DNA of 64,000 bases from Pyrinomonadaceae bacterium (GTDB lineage: Bacteria > Acidobacteriota > Blastocatellia > Pyrinomonadales > Pyrinomonadaceae), in contig JBAUGW010000063.1 in the NCBI GenBank assembly GCA_049679945.1, positions 272-64,271 on the forward strand. The letters are read 5' to 3'. The notes below the pieces were generated by a model, which saw only the letters and a program-made list of their open reading frames with translations, searched no databases and was not told the DNA's origin. Positions 1 through 8,610 of this stretch are shown piece by piece. Position 1 is the first letter of the stretch; each line of letters begins with the position of its first letter. The position numbers and the translations under genes are program-made.

Positions 1-75
1 AAGGAAAAGGAAATCCCCATCACTCGCCATTTCGGTTAACAAATTCAGTGCGGAAATCGTGTGGACGACGATCTG

Positions 76-186
76 TTAGTCATCCGTTCGGCCTTCAGAC
101 GCGAATGGAGACATCATCGTCAAGAAGCAGCCAGCAATGACGAGGAGCATTACTGCGATTCCCACCAAAAACACGAAGTTTTTCAT
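76..186 (-). CDS. possible 36-aa small lipoprotein/membrane peptide
   Basis: Hand translation is MKNFVFLVGIAVMLLVIAGCFLTMMSPFASEGRTDD, with a signal-like N-terminus and a lipobox-like IAGC. The ATG overlaps the TAA of the upstream small ORF (TAATG, 184-188). It is below the ORF-track size cutoff. Confidence 0.3.
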   Translation of the reverse strand: MKNFVFLVGIAVMLLVIAGCFLTMMSPFASEGRTDD

Positions 187-374
187 TATTTTCGGGACGC
201 CTCCGCTGTTCTCGTCATGTAAGAGCCTAAACTCAAAATTGAGGGCACCCACAGCCCGACAAAAATACCCGCGTCCTCATTACCGGGACCGAATACACCA
301 AACCAAAGCGCAATCGAAAAAAGAAAAGACAAAAACGCTGCCGCAAAAATTAAATATGTACCTTTACTAAACAT
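186..374 (-). CDS. small two-helix membrane protein, unknown function
   Basis: 62-aa ORF with two hydrophobic segments (LIFAAAFLSFLFSIALWFGVF and IFVGLWVPSILSL). It is translationally coupled to the downstream 36-aa ORF. Confidence 0.4.
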   Translation of the reverse strand: MFSKGTYLIFAAAFLSFLFSIALWFGVFGPGNEDAGIFVGLWVPSILSLGSYMTRTAEASRK

Positions 375-660
375 AAGATGCTCCGAAATTTGTTGAATAG
401 TTGTAATTTGTCGATCTGGCGTTAAACCTTACAAGGCCAGATCATTTCTTACAGCTTTTTTACCAACGAAACCTATTTCGCCAACCTCGCCCCAGTGGAT
501 TCAAGACCTAAAATTCTTTTCACGCACGGTTCACGCTTAAAAGAATCTCCAGTGATTGTGATTGCCGGTTTTCGGATGTCCGCGACCTCGTATATCCTAA
601 AAATTGAACAAAATATTCGTAATATTCTCAGGTAGATTTTTACCAAAGCGGAGAGTTTGA

Positions 661-2205
661 TTGCAGCACGAAATTATAATAATCCTCGATTTTGGCTCGC
701 AGTACACACAACTCATTGCACGGCGCGTACGTGAGCAAGGTGTTTACTGCGAAATCCATCCGTTTCATCTATCGGTTGATGAAATAGTGAAAAGGCGGCC
801 AAAAGGCGTGATCTTGTCGGGCGGTCCGTCGAGCGTGACTGACGAAGACGCGCCACGGGTGACGAGTAATTTTTTCGACAAGGTCGATGTGCCGATACTC
901 GGCATTTGCTACGGCATGCAGCTCGCGGCGCATCATCTTGGCGGAGCAAGCGAACCTGCGGCACGACGCGAATACGGGCACGCAAAGCTCAAGGTGTTGA
1001 GCGGCAAGACGGCATTATTTGACGAGCTTCCGTTTGAACTCGACGTGTGGATGAGCCACGGCGATCACGTGACGCGGCTGCCCGACGGCTTTACGACGAC
1101 GGCGACAACCGGCGATGTCGTGACGGCGATGGAGAACGAGAGCCGCGGCATCTACTGCGTGCAGTTTCACCCTGAGGTATCGCATACGCCGCTCGGCAAA
1201 GAGATACTTCGAAATTTCATATTCAAAATTTGCGGCTGCCAGGGCGACTGGACGCCGGCGAGCTTTATCAAAGAAGAGATCGAGAAGATTCGCTCGATTG
1301 TCGGCGACACGGACAAAGTTGTTTGCGGTCTGTCGGGCGGCGTCGATTCGACCGTCGCGGCGGTGCTTGTGCACGAAGCGATCGGCGACAGGCAGACGTG
1401 CGTTTTCGTCAACAACGGCCTGCTGCGTTATCGCGAATTCGAGGACACGCTTCGTGCTTACAAAGACAACCTGCAGCTGAATGTGCGCGGCGTCGATGCG
1501 ACAGCAGAATTTTACCCGGTGCTCGCCGGCGTCGCGGATCCGGAAGCCAAACGCAAAGCGATCGGTGCAAAATTTGTCGACGTCTTCGACGCCGAGGCGC
1601 ACAAGATCGGGGACGTAAAATGGCTCGTGCAGGGCACGCTTTACCCGGACGTGATCGAATCCGTCAGTTTGCGCGGGAGCTCGGTGACAATAAAAACTCA
1701 CCACAACGTCGGCGGTTTGCCGGAAAAGATGAAGTTGAAGCTAATCGAGCCGCTGCGGGAACTCTTTAAGGACGAAGTGCGATTGATCGGCCGCGACCTC
1801 AACATTCCGGACGAAATTCTGCAACGCCATCCATTTCCCGGCCCCGGCCTCGGCGTGCGCATCCTCGGAGACATAACGCCCGAAAAGGTCGAACTGCTTC
1901 AAAAAGCCGACCGCATTTTTATCGAAGAACTCCAATCGCACGATCTCTACAAAGATGTGTGGCAGGCGTTCGCCGTACTGCTGCCGATACAGAGCGTAGG
2001 CGTGATGGGCGATTTTCGCACGTACGAGAAAACCGTTGCGCTTCGCGCCGTGACCTCGACCGACGGGATGACCGCCGACTGGGCTCGTCTGCCGCATGAT
2101 TTTCTCGCACGAGTTTCGTCGCGCATCACCTCAGAAGTCCGCGGCGTCAACCGCGTCGTTTATGACATTTCGTCCAAACCGCCGAGCACAATCGAATGGG
2201 AATGA
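661..2205 (+). CDS. guaA: GMP synthase (glutamine-hydrolysing)
   Basis: 514 aa. N-terminal glutamine amidotransferase (GICYGMQ, HPE), ATP-pyrophosphatase P-loop SGGVDS, and a conserved C-terminus ending in PPSTIEWE. TTG start. Confidence 0.97.
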   Translation: MQHEIIIILDFGSQYTQLIARRVREQGVYCEIHPFHLSVDEIVKRRPKGVILSGGPSSVTDEDAPRVTSNFFDKVDVPILGICYGMQLAAHHLGGASEPAARREYGHAKLKVLSGKTALFDELPFELDVWMSHGDHVTRLPDGFTTTATTGDVVTAMENESRGIYCVQFHPEVSHTPLGKEILRNFIFKICGCQGDWTPASFIKEEIEKIRSIVGDTDKVVCGLSGGVDSTVAAVLVHEAIGDRQTCVFVNNGLLRYREFEDTLRAYKDNLQLNVRGVDATAEFYPVLAGVADPEAKRKAIGAKFVDVFDAEAHKIGDVKWLVQGTLYPDVIESVSLRGSSVTIKTHHNVGGLPEKMKLKLIEPLRELFKDEVRLIGRDLNIPDEILQRHPFPGPGLGVRILGDITPEKVELLQKADRIFIEELQSHDLYKDVWQAFAVLLPIQSVGVMGDFRTYEKTVALRAVTSTDGMTADWARLPHDFLARVSSRITSEVRGVNRVVYDISSKPPSTIEWE

Positions 2206-2939
2206 TGGCTGGATTAGAATCGATTGTCGAATTTCAAGATGTGTCGTACCAGATCGACGGCGCGCGAATACTCGATGATTTAAATTTTAAGATCGCATCC
2301 GGCGATGTTCTAGTTCTTCTCGGCGAGTCCGGCTGTGGAAAGACGACAACTCTGAAGCTCATTAACCGCCTTATCGAACCGACCGCAGGCGAAGTCATTG
2401 TCGAGGGCAGATCGACAATCAGTTGGGACGCGATCGAACTGCGTCGACGCATCGGTTACGTGCTGCAGGACGGCGGGCTGTTTCCGCATTTGAGCGCAGC
2501 GGCGAATGTCGGCTTGCCGCTCACCCTCACAGATACAAACTCATCGCTGTCAAAAAATCGTTGTGATGAAATGCTCTCGCTCGTCGGTCTCGATCCGGCG
2601 AAGTTTGCGGCGCGTTATCCGCACGAGCTTTCAGGCGGTCAACGCCAGCGTGTCGGCGTGGCACGGGCGCTTTGCGCCGATCCCGACTTGTTATTGCTCG
2701 ACGAACCTTTCGGTGCGCTCGACGCAATTACACGCAATAATCTACAAAAAGAATTCGCCCGGCTCGTGCGCGAGCTCGGCAAAACGGCCGTGTTTGTCAC
2801 GCACGACCTGCACGAAGCGATGATTCTCGCAACGCGCATCGCGCTGATGGATAACGGCAAAATTATTTTGAATGACACGCCCGAGAATTTTCGCGCGTCC
2901 GACTTGCCGCTTGCACGTGAATATCTGGCAACGGTTTAG
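2196..2939 (+). CDS. ABC transporter ATP-binding protein, osmoprotectant (ProV/OpuC-A-like) type
   Basis: Walker A GESGCGKTT, signature LSGGQRQR, Walker B LLLLDEP, and a KLINRLIEPT motif typical of betaine/choline-type importers. Overlaps the guaA stop by 10 nt. Confidence 0.9.
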   Translation: MGMMAGLESIVEFQDVSYQIDGARILDDLNFKIASGDVLVLLGESGCGKTTTLKLINRLIEPTAGEVIVEGRSTISWDAIELRRRIGYVLQDGGLFPHLSAAANVGLPLTLTDTNSSLSKNRCDEMLSLVGLDPAKFAARYPHELSGGQRQRVGVARALCADPDLLLLDEPFGALDAITRNNLQKEFARLVRELGKTAVFVTHDLHEAMILATRIALMDNGKIILNDTPENFRASDLPLAREYLATV

Positions 2940-3703
2940 TATGGAAGGTTTTCAATCATTCGGCGTGTAAACACTTTTTTGATCTCACTCGAAGATGTTT
3001 CGATTAACGATTCCTCTGCGAAAATTCCAACCACGACAGATTCTCCTGCAATATCTAAAGTGATTTTGAGTTCAGTTCTTTTTCCATTGAGGATTTTTAC
3101 ATTTTTGTAAACCGCTTTTTTGAATCCGAGGAAAGTCACTTCAGTTTTGTAAGTTCCTTCAGCGAGATTTCTAAAACTAAATACTCCGTTGTCGTCCGAT
3201 TTAGTTTTAAGGGGCTTTTTGTCATTATTCTTGTAAAGTTTAATAGTCGCACCTGCAATAATCGCACCGTGTGGATCCAAAATCGTTCCGCTGAGTTCAT
3301 TTTCATCACTCTCGAGGTCGGTTAGCTCAATATTCGTTGACGGGACAGGGTTTGTTTTTGAGTCCTTACTTTGGCTGTATGAAATTGATACAAGGCTAAG
3401 TAATGCAGCGAAGACAGCACTGACAAACTTGCTGGCTCGTTTTCGAACTGCTCGGAGACCGACCGGACAGTCTTTCGTCAATACGGTTCCGTCATAGCGT
3501 CGGTAAAGACGAATGCAGAGTCTACCTTCACGATTTCGTATAAGCGTTTCGACTTCCTTTTGTGTCATCTCTGCCGTGTTGTAAATATCTAATCGGCATG
3601 AATGACAATGACGCATACGCTCGTCGCCACTCATGCTTTCCCAACCGACTGAGCAAGGAGAAGCCACACGCATACTATTTACATTAAATTTCTGTTTGTC
3701 CAT
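2936..3703 (-). CDS. membrane-anchored protein: Cys-rich N-terminal domain, one TM helix, CarboxypepD_reg-like beta-sandwich
   Basis: Cys/His cluster (CSVGW...RHCHSCRL...LCIRL...DCPVG), a TM segment FVSAVFAALLSLVSISY, and a C-terminal GTILDPHGAIIAGATIKLY...GVFSFRNLAEGTYK motif typical of carboxypeptidase-regulatory-like domains. ATG at 3703 chosen; the track start at 3769 is TTG. Visibly AT-richer than its neighbours. Confidence 0.6.
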   Translation of the reverse strand: MDKQKFNVNSMRVASPCSVGWESMSGDERMRHCHSCRLDIYNTAEMTQKEVETLIRNREGRLCIRLYRRYDGTVLTKDCPVGLRAVRKRASKFVSAVFAALLSLVSISYSQSKDSKTNPVPSTNIELTDLESDENELSGTILDPHGAIIAGATIKLYKNNDKKPLKTKSDDNGVFSFRNLAEGTYKTEVTFLGFKKAVYKNVKILNGKRTELKITLDIAGESVVVGIFAEESLIETSSSEIKKVFTRRMIENLPY

Positions 3704-3789
3704 TGTGATAAAGATACCGTACCGATTTTTCGGATGCGTCGTGTTTACGTGAAAGTTGCATTGCGCCAAGATGTTCCTTTAAGACGCAG

Positions 3790-5346
3790 ATGTGGAAATT
3801 CATTCATTTCTTACAAAATAATGGACAAGATCTGCTCGTGTTGACCCGCGAGCACATCTTTCTCGTTCTCGTATCGACCAGCGCCGCGATCCTGATCGGC
3901 GTGCCGCTTGGCGTTTTGCTGACACGTATCAAATCATTGCGCACGCCGGTGCTCGGCTTTGCAAATGTAATGCAAACGGTGCCGAGCCTTGCGCTCTTTG
4001 GCCTGCTGATACCGATTCCGTTTATCGGCGGCATCGGCGCCCGAACGGCCATCATCGCGCTCGCGCTTTATGCCCTGCTGCCCGTCATTCGCAACACGGT
4101 CACAGGAATCTTGGGCATTGACCCAAAACTGATCGAGGCGGCGGATGCGCTTGGCATGACCGGTTTGCAGCGTTTGAAGATGGTCGAATTGCCGCTTGCG
4201 ATGCCCGTAATTCTGACAGGCATTAGAGTTGCGGTCGTGATATCGGTCGGCGTTGCCACAGTGGCAGCGGCGGTTGGCGCGGGCGGTCTCGGTACATATA
4301 TCTTTCGCGGGCTTCGGCAAAACGACAACAACTTGCTAATTGCAGGAGCTCTTGCCGCTGCAATTTTGGCGCTGCTGTGCGATTTCGCGCTCGGACAATT
4401 TGAAAAATCTTACAAGATCGGTCAGAAAGCCTTCGCCGGACGTCGAAAAATGCTTGCAGCATTTGTCATAGCAGTATTCGCGGGCGTGATTGGTTTTAGT
4501 TACCTGCCCAGCAACAAAACGCCTGACTCAGATCGAGCAGTTGTAGGACCAAATGCGAAAACGATAATCGTAGGTTCAAAAGATTTCACCGAGTCGGTGA
4601 TTCTCGCTGAGATACTCTCGCAGATGCTCGAAAAGCGAGGCGTGGCGGTAACGCGACAATTCGAGCTTGGCGGCAATCTCGCGCACGAGAGTTTGCTGTC
4701 GCGGGCAGTCGACGTTTACCCTGAATATACGGGCACGGCCTTCACCGCGATTCTCAAACACGCGCCCGTGACCGATCCGAAACAAGTTTATGAACAGACA
4801 AAAGCCGAGTATTCAGACCGATTTAATCTCTCGGTCAGTCCTCCGGTTGGCTTTTCAAACGATTTTGCGATTCTCGTTCGCGGCGATGTGGCCCGCAAAA
4901 ATAATCTAAAGACGATCTCCGAAGCGGTCCAGTTTGCAAAAGACTGGCAAGCCGGATTTGGCCAGGATTTTATGTCGCGGGCCGATGGTTACACAGGGTT
5001 TGTAAGGGCGTACGGCCTTAGTTTTGCCAAAAACCCGCGTGAGATGGACCTCTCGCTGACATACCGTGCCTTGCAATCCGGCGAGCTCGACATCATCGCC
5101 GGCAACTCGACCGATGGTCTTATCAGCGCTCTCGATCTGTTCCAATTAGAGGATGACCGGCGCTACTTTCCGCCGTATCAGGCCGTCTTTATTGCCCGAA
5201 ATGGGATCGCAGCGGATCTTGCAGAGGTCTTTGCAGCTCTCAACAACGCGATCTCAACCGACGAGATGCGACGGCTGAACTACGAGGTTGACGGCAACAA
5301 ACGAACCCCGAAAGAAGTCGCGGCAGACTGGGTTGCGAATAATTAG
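3790..5346 (+). CDS. osmoprotectant ABC transporter, fused permease / substrate-binding protein
   Basis: 518 aa. The N-terminal ~210 aa form a multi-TM permease with a binding-protein-dependent transport signature. The C-terminal ~290 aa form a periplasmic glycine-betaine/choline-binding type domain (VGSKDFTESVILAEI...YPEYTGT). Confidence 0.9.
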   Translation: MWKFIHFLQNNGQDLLVLTREHIFLVLVSTSAAILIGVPLGVLLTRIKSLRTPVLGFANVMQTVPSLALFGLLIPIPFIGGIGARTAIIALALYALLPVIRNTVTGILGIDPKLIEAADALGMTGLQRLKMVELPLAMPVILTGIRVAVVISVGVATVAAAVGAGGLGTYIFRGLRQNDNNLLIAGALAAAILALLCDFALGQFEKSYKIGQKAFAGRRKMLAAFVIAVFAGVIGFSYLPSNKTPDSDRAVVGPNAKTIIVGSKDFTESVILAEILSQMLEKRGVAVTRQFELGGNLAHESLLSRAVDVYPEYTGTAFTAILKHAPVTDPKQVYEQTKAEYSDRFNLSVSPPVGFSNDFAILVRGDVARKNNLKTISEAVQFAKDWQAGFGQDFMSRADGYTGFVRAYGLSFAKNPREMDLSLTYRALQSGELDIIAGNSTDGLISALDLFQLEDDRRYFPPYQAVFIARNGIAADLAEVFAALNNAISTDEMRRLNYEVDGNKRTPKEVAADWVANN

Positions 5347-5663
5347 CTTGCTAATAATCGAAAAACCCTGTAGGGTAAAGGTTTGACAATTCCGTATCTC
5401 TTCGTCGACGGTAAAGGCGCACTCAATGTGAGCGGCGCCCAAGGATAGTTCGAGGCACGGTTCGTTTAATACTGTTAGAAGCGGTTCGCATGTAAATGCG
5501 CTACCCTCGAACGTAGGTCCTTCCTTGCTACCGTTACACTGAAGATCACTCCGCGTTAGTAACTTCTTATTACATCCAGAAGAATTTGTCAGAACTAGAG
5601 TTGCGTTCACGCGCAGCGGTTTTGAAATGAAATCTTCCGTGACACGAGATTGATCTTAGATAA

Positions 5664-6872
5664 ATGAATTTTAAAGACTTAGGCCTTGCGTCCGTACTTA
5701 CGGACAAATGCGCCTCCATGGGTTACACAGAGCCTACACCCATTCAAAAGCAGGCTATTCCGCTTCTCATGAGCGGCCGCGACATGATCGCTTGTGCCGA
5801 GACCGGCACGGGCAAAACTGCAGCATTTTTGCTGCCAATACTAAACAAACTTATCGAAGGGCCAAAAGGTCCCGGCACACGCGTGCTCGTGCTTTCGCCG
5901 ACGCGTGAGCTTGCAAATCAAACCGAGGAGTTTTGTCGCCAGTTTTCGCCGAAGGGAATTACCTGCACGGCGATCATCGGCGGCTCGGGCTACAAGCGAC
6001 AGATGGACAGCCTGCGGCGCGGTGCGAATATTATCATTGCGACGCCCGGCCGGCTGATCGACTTTATGGATCAGGGGCTGATCGACTTTCGAGGCCTGAC
6101 GACACTCGTTTTGGACGAAGCCGACAGAATGCTCGATATGGGCTTTTTGCCGTCGATAAGGCGTATCGCCAGATCGATTCCGGAAAAACGTCAGACGCTC
6201 CTTTTCTCGGCGACAATGTCGGCCCAGATCGAAGGGATAGCACACAAAATGCTGACCAATCCTGAGATGATCGAGGTCAGTCCCCGCGGTAAGGCCGCAC
6301 GGCTCGTTGAGCAAACGGCGTACTCGGTTGCACCGAACTCGAAGATGGTTTTGCTGCTCGATCTGCTCGAAAAAGATGCGCTCAAGCGCGTTCTCGTCTT
6401 CACACGCACAAAACGCGGTGCCGACCGTCTCGCACACGTGCTCGAGAAACGCGAGCACAGCAGCAACCGGATTCACGGCGACCGTTCGCAGGCACAGCGC
6501 GACGCGGCGCTCAATGCGTTTAAGGCCGGCAAGACAAATGTGCTGGTCGCGACCGATGTCGCCGCACGCGGTATCGACATCGATTCGGTCCAGCATGTCA
6601 TCAATTACGACATTCCTGAGGCTCCGGAGGATTACGTTCACCGCATCGGCCGAACGGGTCGCGCCGGCAATAAGGGCAAGGCGATTACAATCTTCACACT
6701 CGCCGAGGAACACTCGATGCGTGCGATCGAACGCCTCACGGGCGAAAAGGTCGAGCGCGTCGTGCATCCTGAATTTGGCGGACAGGCATTTTCTGATAAC
6801 AATTCGTTTAAAAAACAAACGCCCGCGACGAAACGCAACTTTCGCTCGTTCCGCTCGCGGCGTGGACGGTAG
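5664..6872 (+). CDS. DEAD-box ATP-dependent RNA helicase (RhlE-like)
   Basis: Q-motif TPIQ, AETGTGKT, DEAD, SAT, HRIGRTGR, and a basic C-terminal tail. Confidence 0.95.
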   Translation: MNFKDLGLASVLTDKCASMGYTEPTPIQKQAIPLLMSGRDMIACAETGTGKTAAFLLPILNKLIEGPKGPGTRVLVLSPTRELANQTEEFCRQFSPKGITCTAIIGGSGYKRQMDSLRRGANIIIATPGRLIDFMDQGLIDFRGLTTLVLDEADRMLDMGFLPSIRRIARSIPEKRQTLLFSATMSAQIEGIAHKMLTNPEMIEVSPRGKAARLVEQTAYSVAPNSKMVLLLDLLEKDALKRVLVFTRTKRGADRLAHVLEKREHSSNRIHGDRSQAQRDAALNAFKAGKTNVLVATDVAARGIDIDSVQHVINYDIPEAPEDYVHRIGRTGRAGNKGKAITIFTLAEEHSMRAIERLTGEKVERVVHPEFGGQAFSDNNSFKKQTPATKRNFRSFRSRRGR

Positions 6873-6883
6873 AGGTAAAAAAA

Positions 6884-7240
6884 ATGATCAAGAAAAAACC
6901 AGTTTTTGCAGTCGGGGACACCCTCGAAATGATGTGTGCCGCATGCGACACTGAGCAAATGCACCGCATCGACACGGTTACCAAACAAGGCGTTGTAACA
7001 AAAGCCGTTTGCGAGGCGTGCGAGACGGTCAGCACGTTTACACGCGGCGTAAAAACCGCCGTTTCAATGGGCACCGGCAAAAACGCCGCGCCATATGACC
7101 GCATGCGCAAATATAAAAAAGGCCAGGCAATGACCCACGACAAATTTGGCCGTGGCGAGGTCACCGAGGTCATCGAGCCGCGAAAGATCAACGTGCTCTT
7201 CGGCGATCAGGTCAGGCGTCTGATACACGAGCAGGTTTAA
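6884..7240 (+). CDS. zinc-ribbon protein with C-terminal UvrD/PcrA-tail-like (DUF3553-like) domain
   Basis: CAAC...CEAC pairs at the N-terminus. The C-terminal HDKFGRGEVTEVIEPRKINVLFGDQVRRLIH resembles the small beta domain at helicase C-termini. Starts 12 nt after the helicase stop. Confidence 0.55.
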   Translation: MIKKKPVFAVGDTLEMMCAACDTEQMHRIDTVTKQGVVTKAVCEACETVSTFTRGVKTAVSMGTGKNAAPYDRMRKYKKGQAMTHDKFGRGEVTEVIEPRKINVLFGDQVRRLIHEQV

Positions 7241-7265
7241 CTTAACGTAAAATTGGCGCGAGAAA

Positions 7266-7289
7266 GGCGGCCCGTAAGTGCGAGCCGCC
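7266..7289. terminator. weak GC hairpin between convergent genes
   Basis: GGCGGC...GCCGCC stem between the stop at 7240 (+) and the stop at 7327 (-). Confidence 0.35.
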
Positions 7290-7326
7290 CACCCGTAACT
7301 ATTATCTGAAATCTCCGATTGTCGAT

Positions 7327-7683
7327 TTATTTTCGACCGCCGCGGAGGATCAATCCCAGCACCAAGCCGACTGCGGCTGAGATCAGGATCGTTTGACCGG
7401 GCTTTTGACGTGCAAACTCTTTTGCGTCGTCGACGAGCTCTTTCGGGTCCTTATTCGACAGCTCTTTGAATTTATCGCCAGCCTGCGTGAATTTATCATT
7501 TGCAAAATCGCTCGCGCGCTTTGCCGCGTCTTGTACCTTGCCCGCGTATTCCTGTGCTTGCATCTTCAAATTTCCTAAAAACTCATCGTCCGTAACCTTG
7601 TCCGAAAAACCGTCTCCGACCGGCACGAGGCTCTGTTCCAATTCCTTTTCCGCTTTTTTAACTTCTGCTTCAAATTCCGACAT
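7327..7683 (-). CDS. DUF883/ElaB-YqjD family membrane-anchored stress protein
   Basis: 118 aa. Charged helical body with a C-terminal anchor QTILISAAVGLVLGLILRGGRK, which is the typical family layout. Confidence 0.8.
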   Translation of the reverse strand: MSEFEAEVKKAEKELEQSLVPVGDGFSDKVTDDEFLGNLKMQAQEYAGKVQDAAKRASDFANDKFTQAGDKFKELSNKDPKELVDDAKEFARQKPGQTILISAAVGLVLGLILRGGRK

Positions 7684-7818
7684 TATGACACTTCCTCCGA
7701 ATATGTAATTTAATTGCCTAGGCGAATTTTGGCCCGCCCACTTGTGCGACGCTTCTGATGATGACCCGCCGCTGAATGGTTGTAACGAATCAACATTCTT
7801 TTAGTTCATACTTTTTGC

Positions 7819-7939
7819 TAAGTGAACACTTACATTAATAAACCTAATAATATAAGTAAATAGCTCGCTAGTAAAATTGATCTTGACAAATAAAGCTCCA
7901 AACGGCAGAGTCTATTGTTAAAGTTAGTAAGCACTTACT
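7819..7939. promoter_or_regulatory. two related palindromes, candidate TetR operators
   Basis: TAAGTGAACACTTA (7819-7832) and AGTAAGCACTTACT (7926-7939). Both share TAAG..CTTA half-sites. The second ends 3 nt before the ATG at 7943. Confidence 0.35.
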
Positions 7940-7942
7940 TAA

Positions 7943-8608
7943 ATGGTTGGCAAAAAATTGATCAGCGACATTCTAAAATGCGACCCGACAGGCCGTATGA
8001 AGGCGGACGAGCGTCGTGAGCAAATCCTGCACACAGCGATCGAATTGTTTTCTCAGAAAGGTTTTAGCGGGACGACGACAAAAGAGATCGCCCGCGCGGC
8101 GGGCGTGTCCGAGGCGATCATTTTCCGGCATTTCTCAAAGAAGAGTGACATTTATCACGCAATTCTGGACGACAAGGCTCGTCACGACGGGATGAAGTTT
8201 CCATGGGAAGAGGACGCCGAGCTTCTCGACGCGATTCGCCGAAAAGATGATAAAGCCGTTTTTTACAGACTGGCGATCAACGCATTGAACAAACAGCAAT
8301 CTGATGTCGGTTTTCTGCGACTGTTGATGTATTCGGCGCTTGAGGAGCATGAGCTTGCCGAGCGGTTTTTTAGCGAGTTTGTCGCCCGCATCTACGGTTT
8401 TATCGGCGGATATATCGAGGAACGGCAACGCGACGGGGCGATGAGGGTGATGGACCCGCGAATTGCCGTTCGAGCGTTTTTGGGCATGCTGATTCACCAC
8501 TCGCTGAATGTGATCTTGTGGGACAAAAAGCGCTCTCTTCTTAACATTACGAACGAAGAGGCTGCGGAGAATTTTGCCGGAATTTTGCTTCGAGGCATCA
8601 GGGCATAA
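7943..8608 (+). CDS. TetR/AcrR family transcriptional regulator
   Basis: N-terminal HTH (RREQILHTAIELFSQKGFSGTTTKEIARAAGVSEAIIFRHF), located directly upstream of the efflux genes. An alternative start at 7997 is possible. Confidence 0.9.
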   Translation: MVGKKLISDILKCDPTGRMKADERREQILHTAIELFSQKGFSGTTTKEIARAAGVSEAIIFRHFSKKSDIYHAILDDKARHDGMKFPWEEDAELLDAIRRKDDKAVFYRLAINALNKQQSDVGFLRLLMYSALEEHELAERFFSEFVARIYGFIGGYIEERQRDGAMRVMDPRIAVRAFLGMLIHHSLNVILWDKKRSLLNITNEEAAENFAGILLRGIRA

Positions 8609-8610
8609 CG

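Noticed and set aside
375-660. Looked for a purine riboswitch or other leader upstream of guaA. A hairpin GATCTGGC...GCCAGATC lies at 413-443.
   Set aside because: No match to the purine riboswitch core as I remember it. An isolated 8-bp hairpin is insufficient.
1015-1704. Long antisense ORFs inside strongly supported genes. This one lies opposite guaA. Others include 5841-6818, 10392-11138, 31278-32090, 43237-43692, 46940-47488 and 53338-53781.
   Set aside because: They lie entirely within genes with clear family motifs, are Arg/Ala/Cys-rich with no motifs, and are typical shadow ORFs of moderately GC-rich DNA.
5254-5610. 118-aa minus-strand ORF spanning the end of the permease gene and the helicase upstream region.
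   Set aside because: It has a GTG start, overlaps the permease CDS by about 90 nt, is Cys-rich, and has no recognisable motif or signal. More likely non-coding leader sequence.
7883-7888. TTGACA -35-like hexamer upstream of the TetR gene.
   Set aside because: No acceptable -10 hexamer at 16-18 nt spacing, so it is not reported as a promoter.
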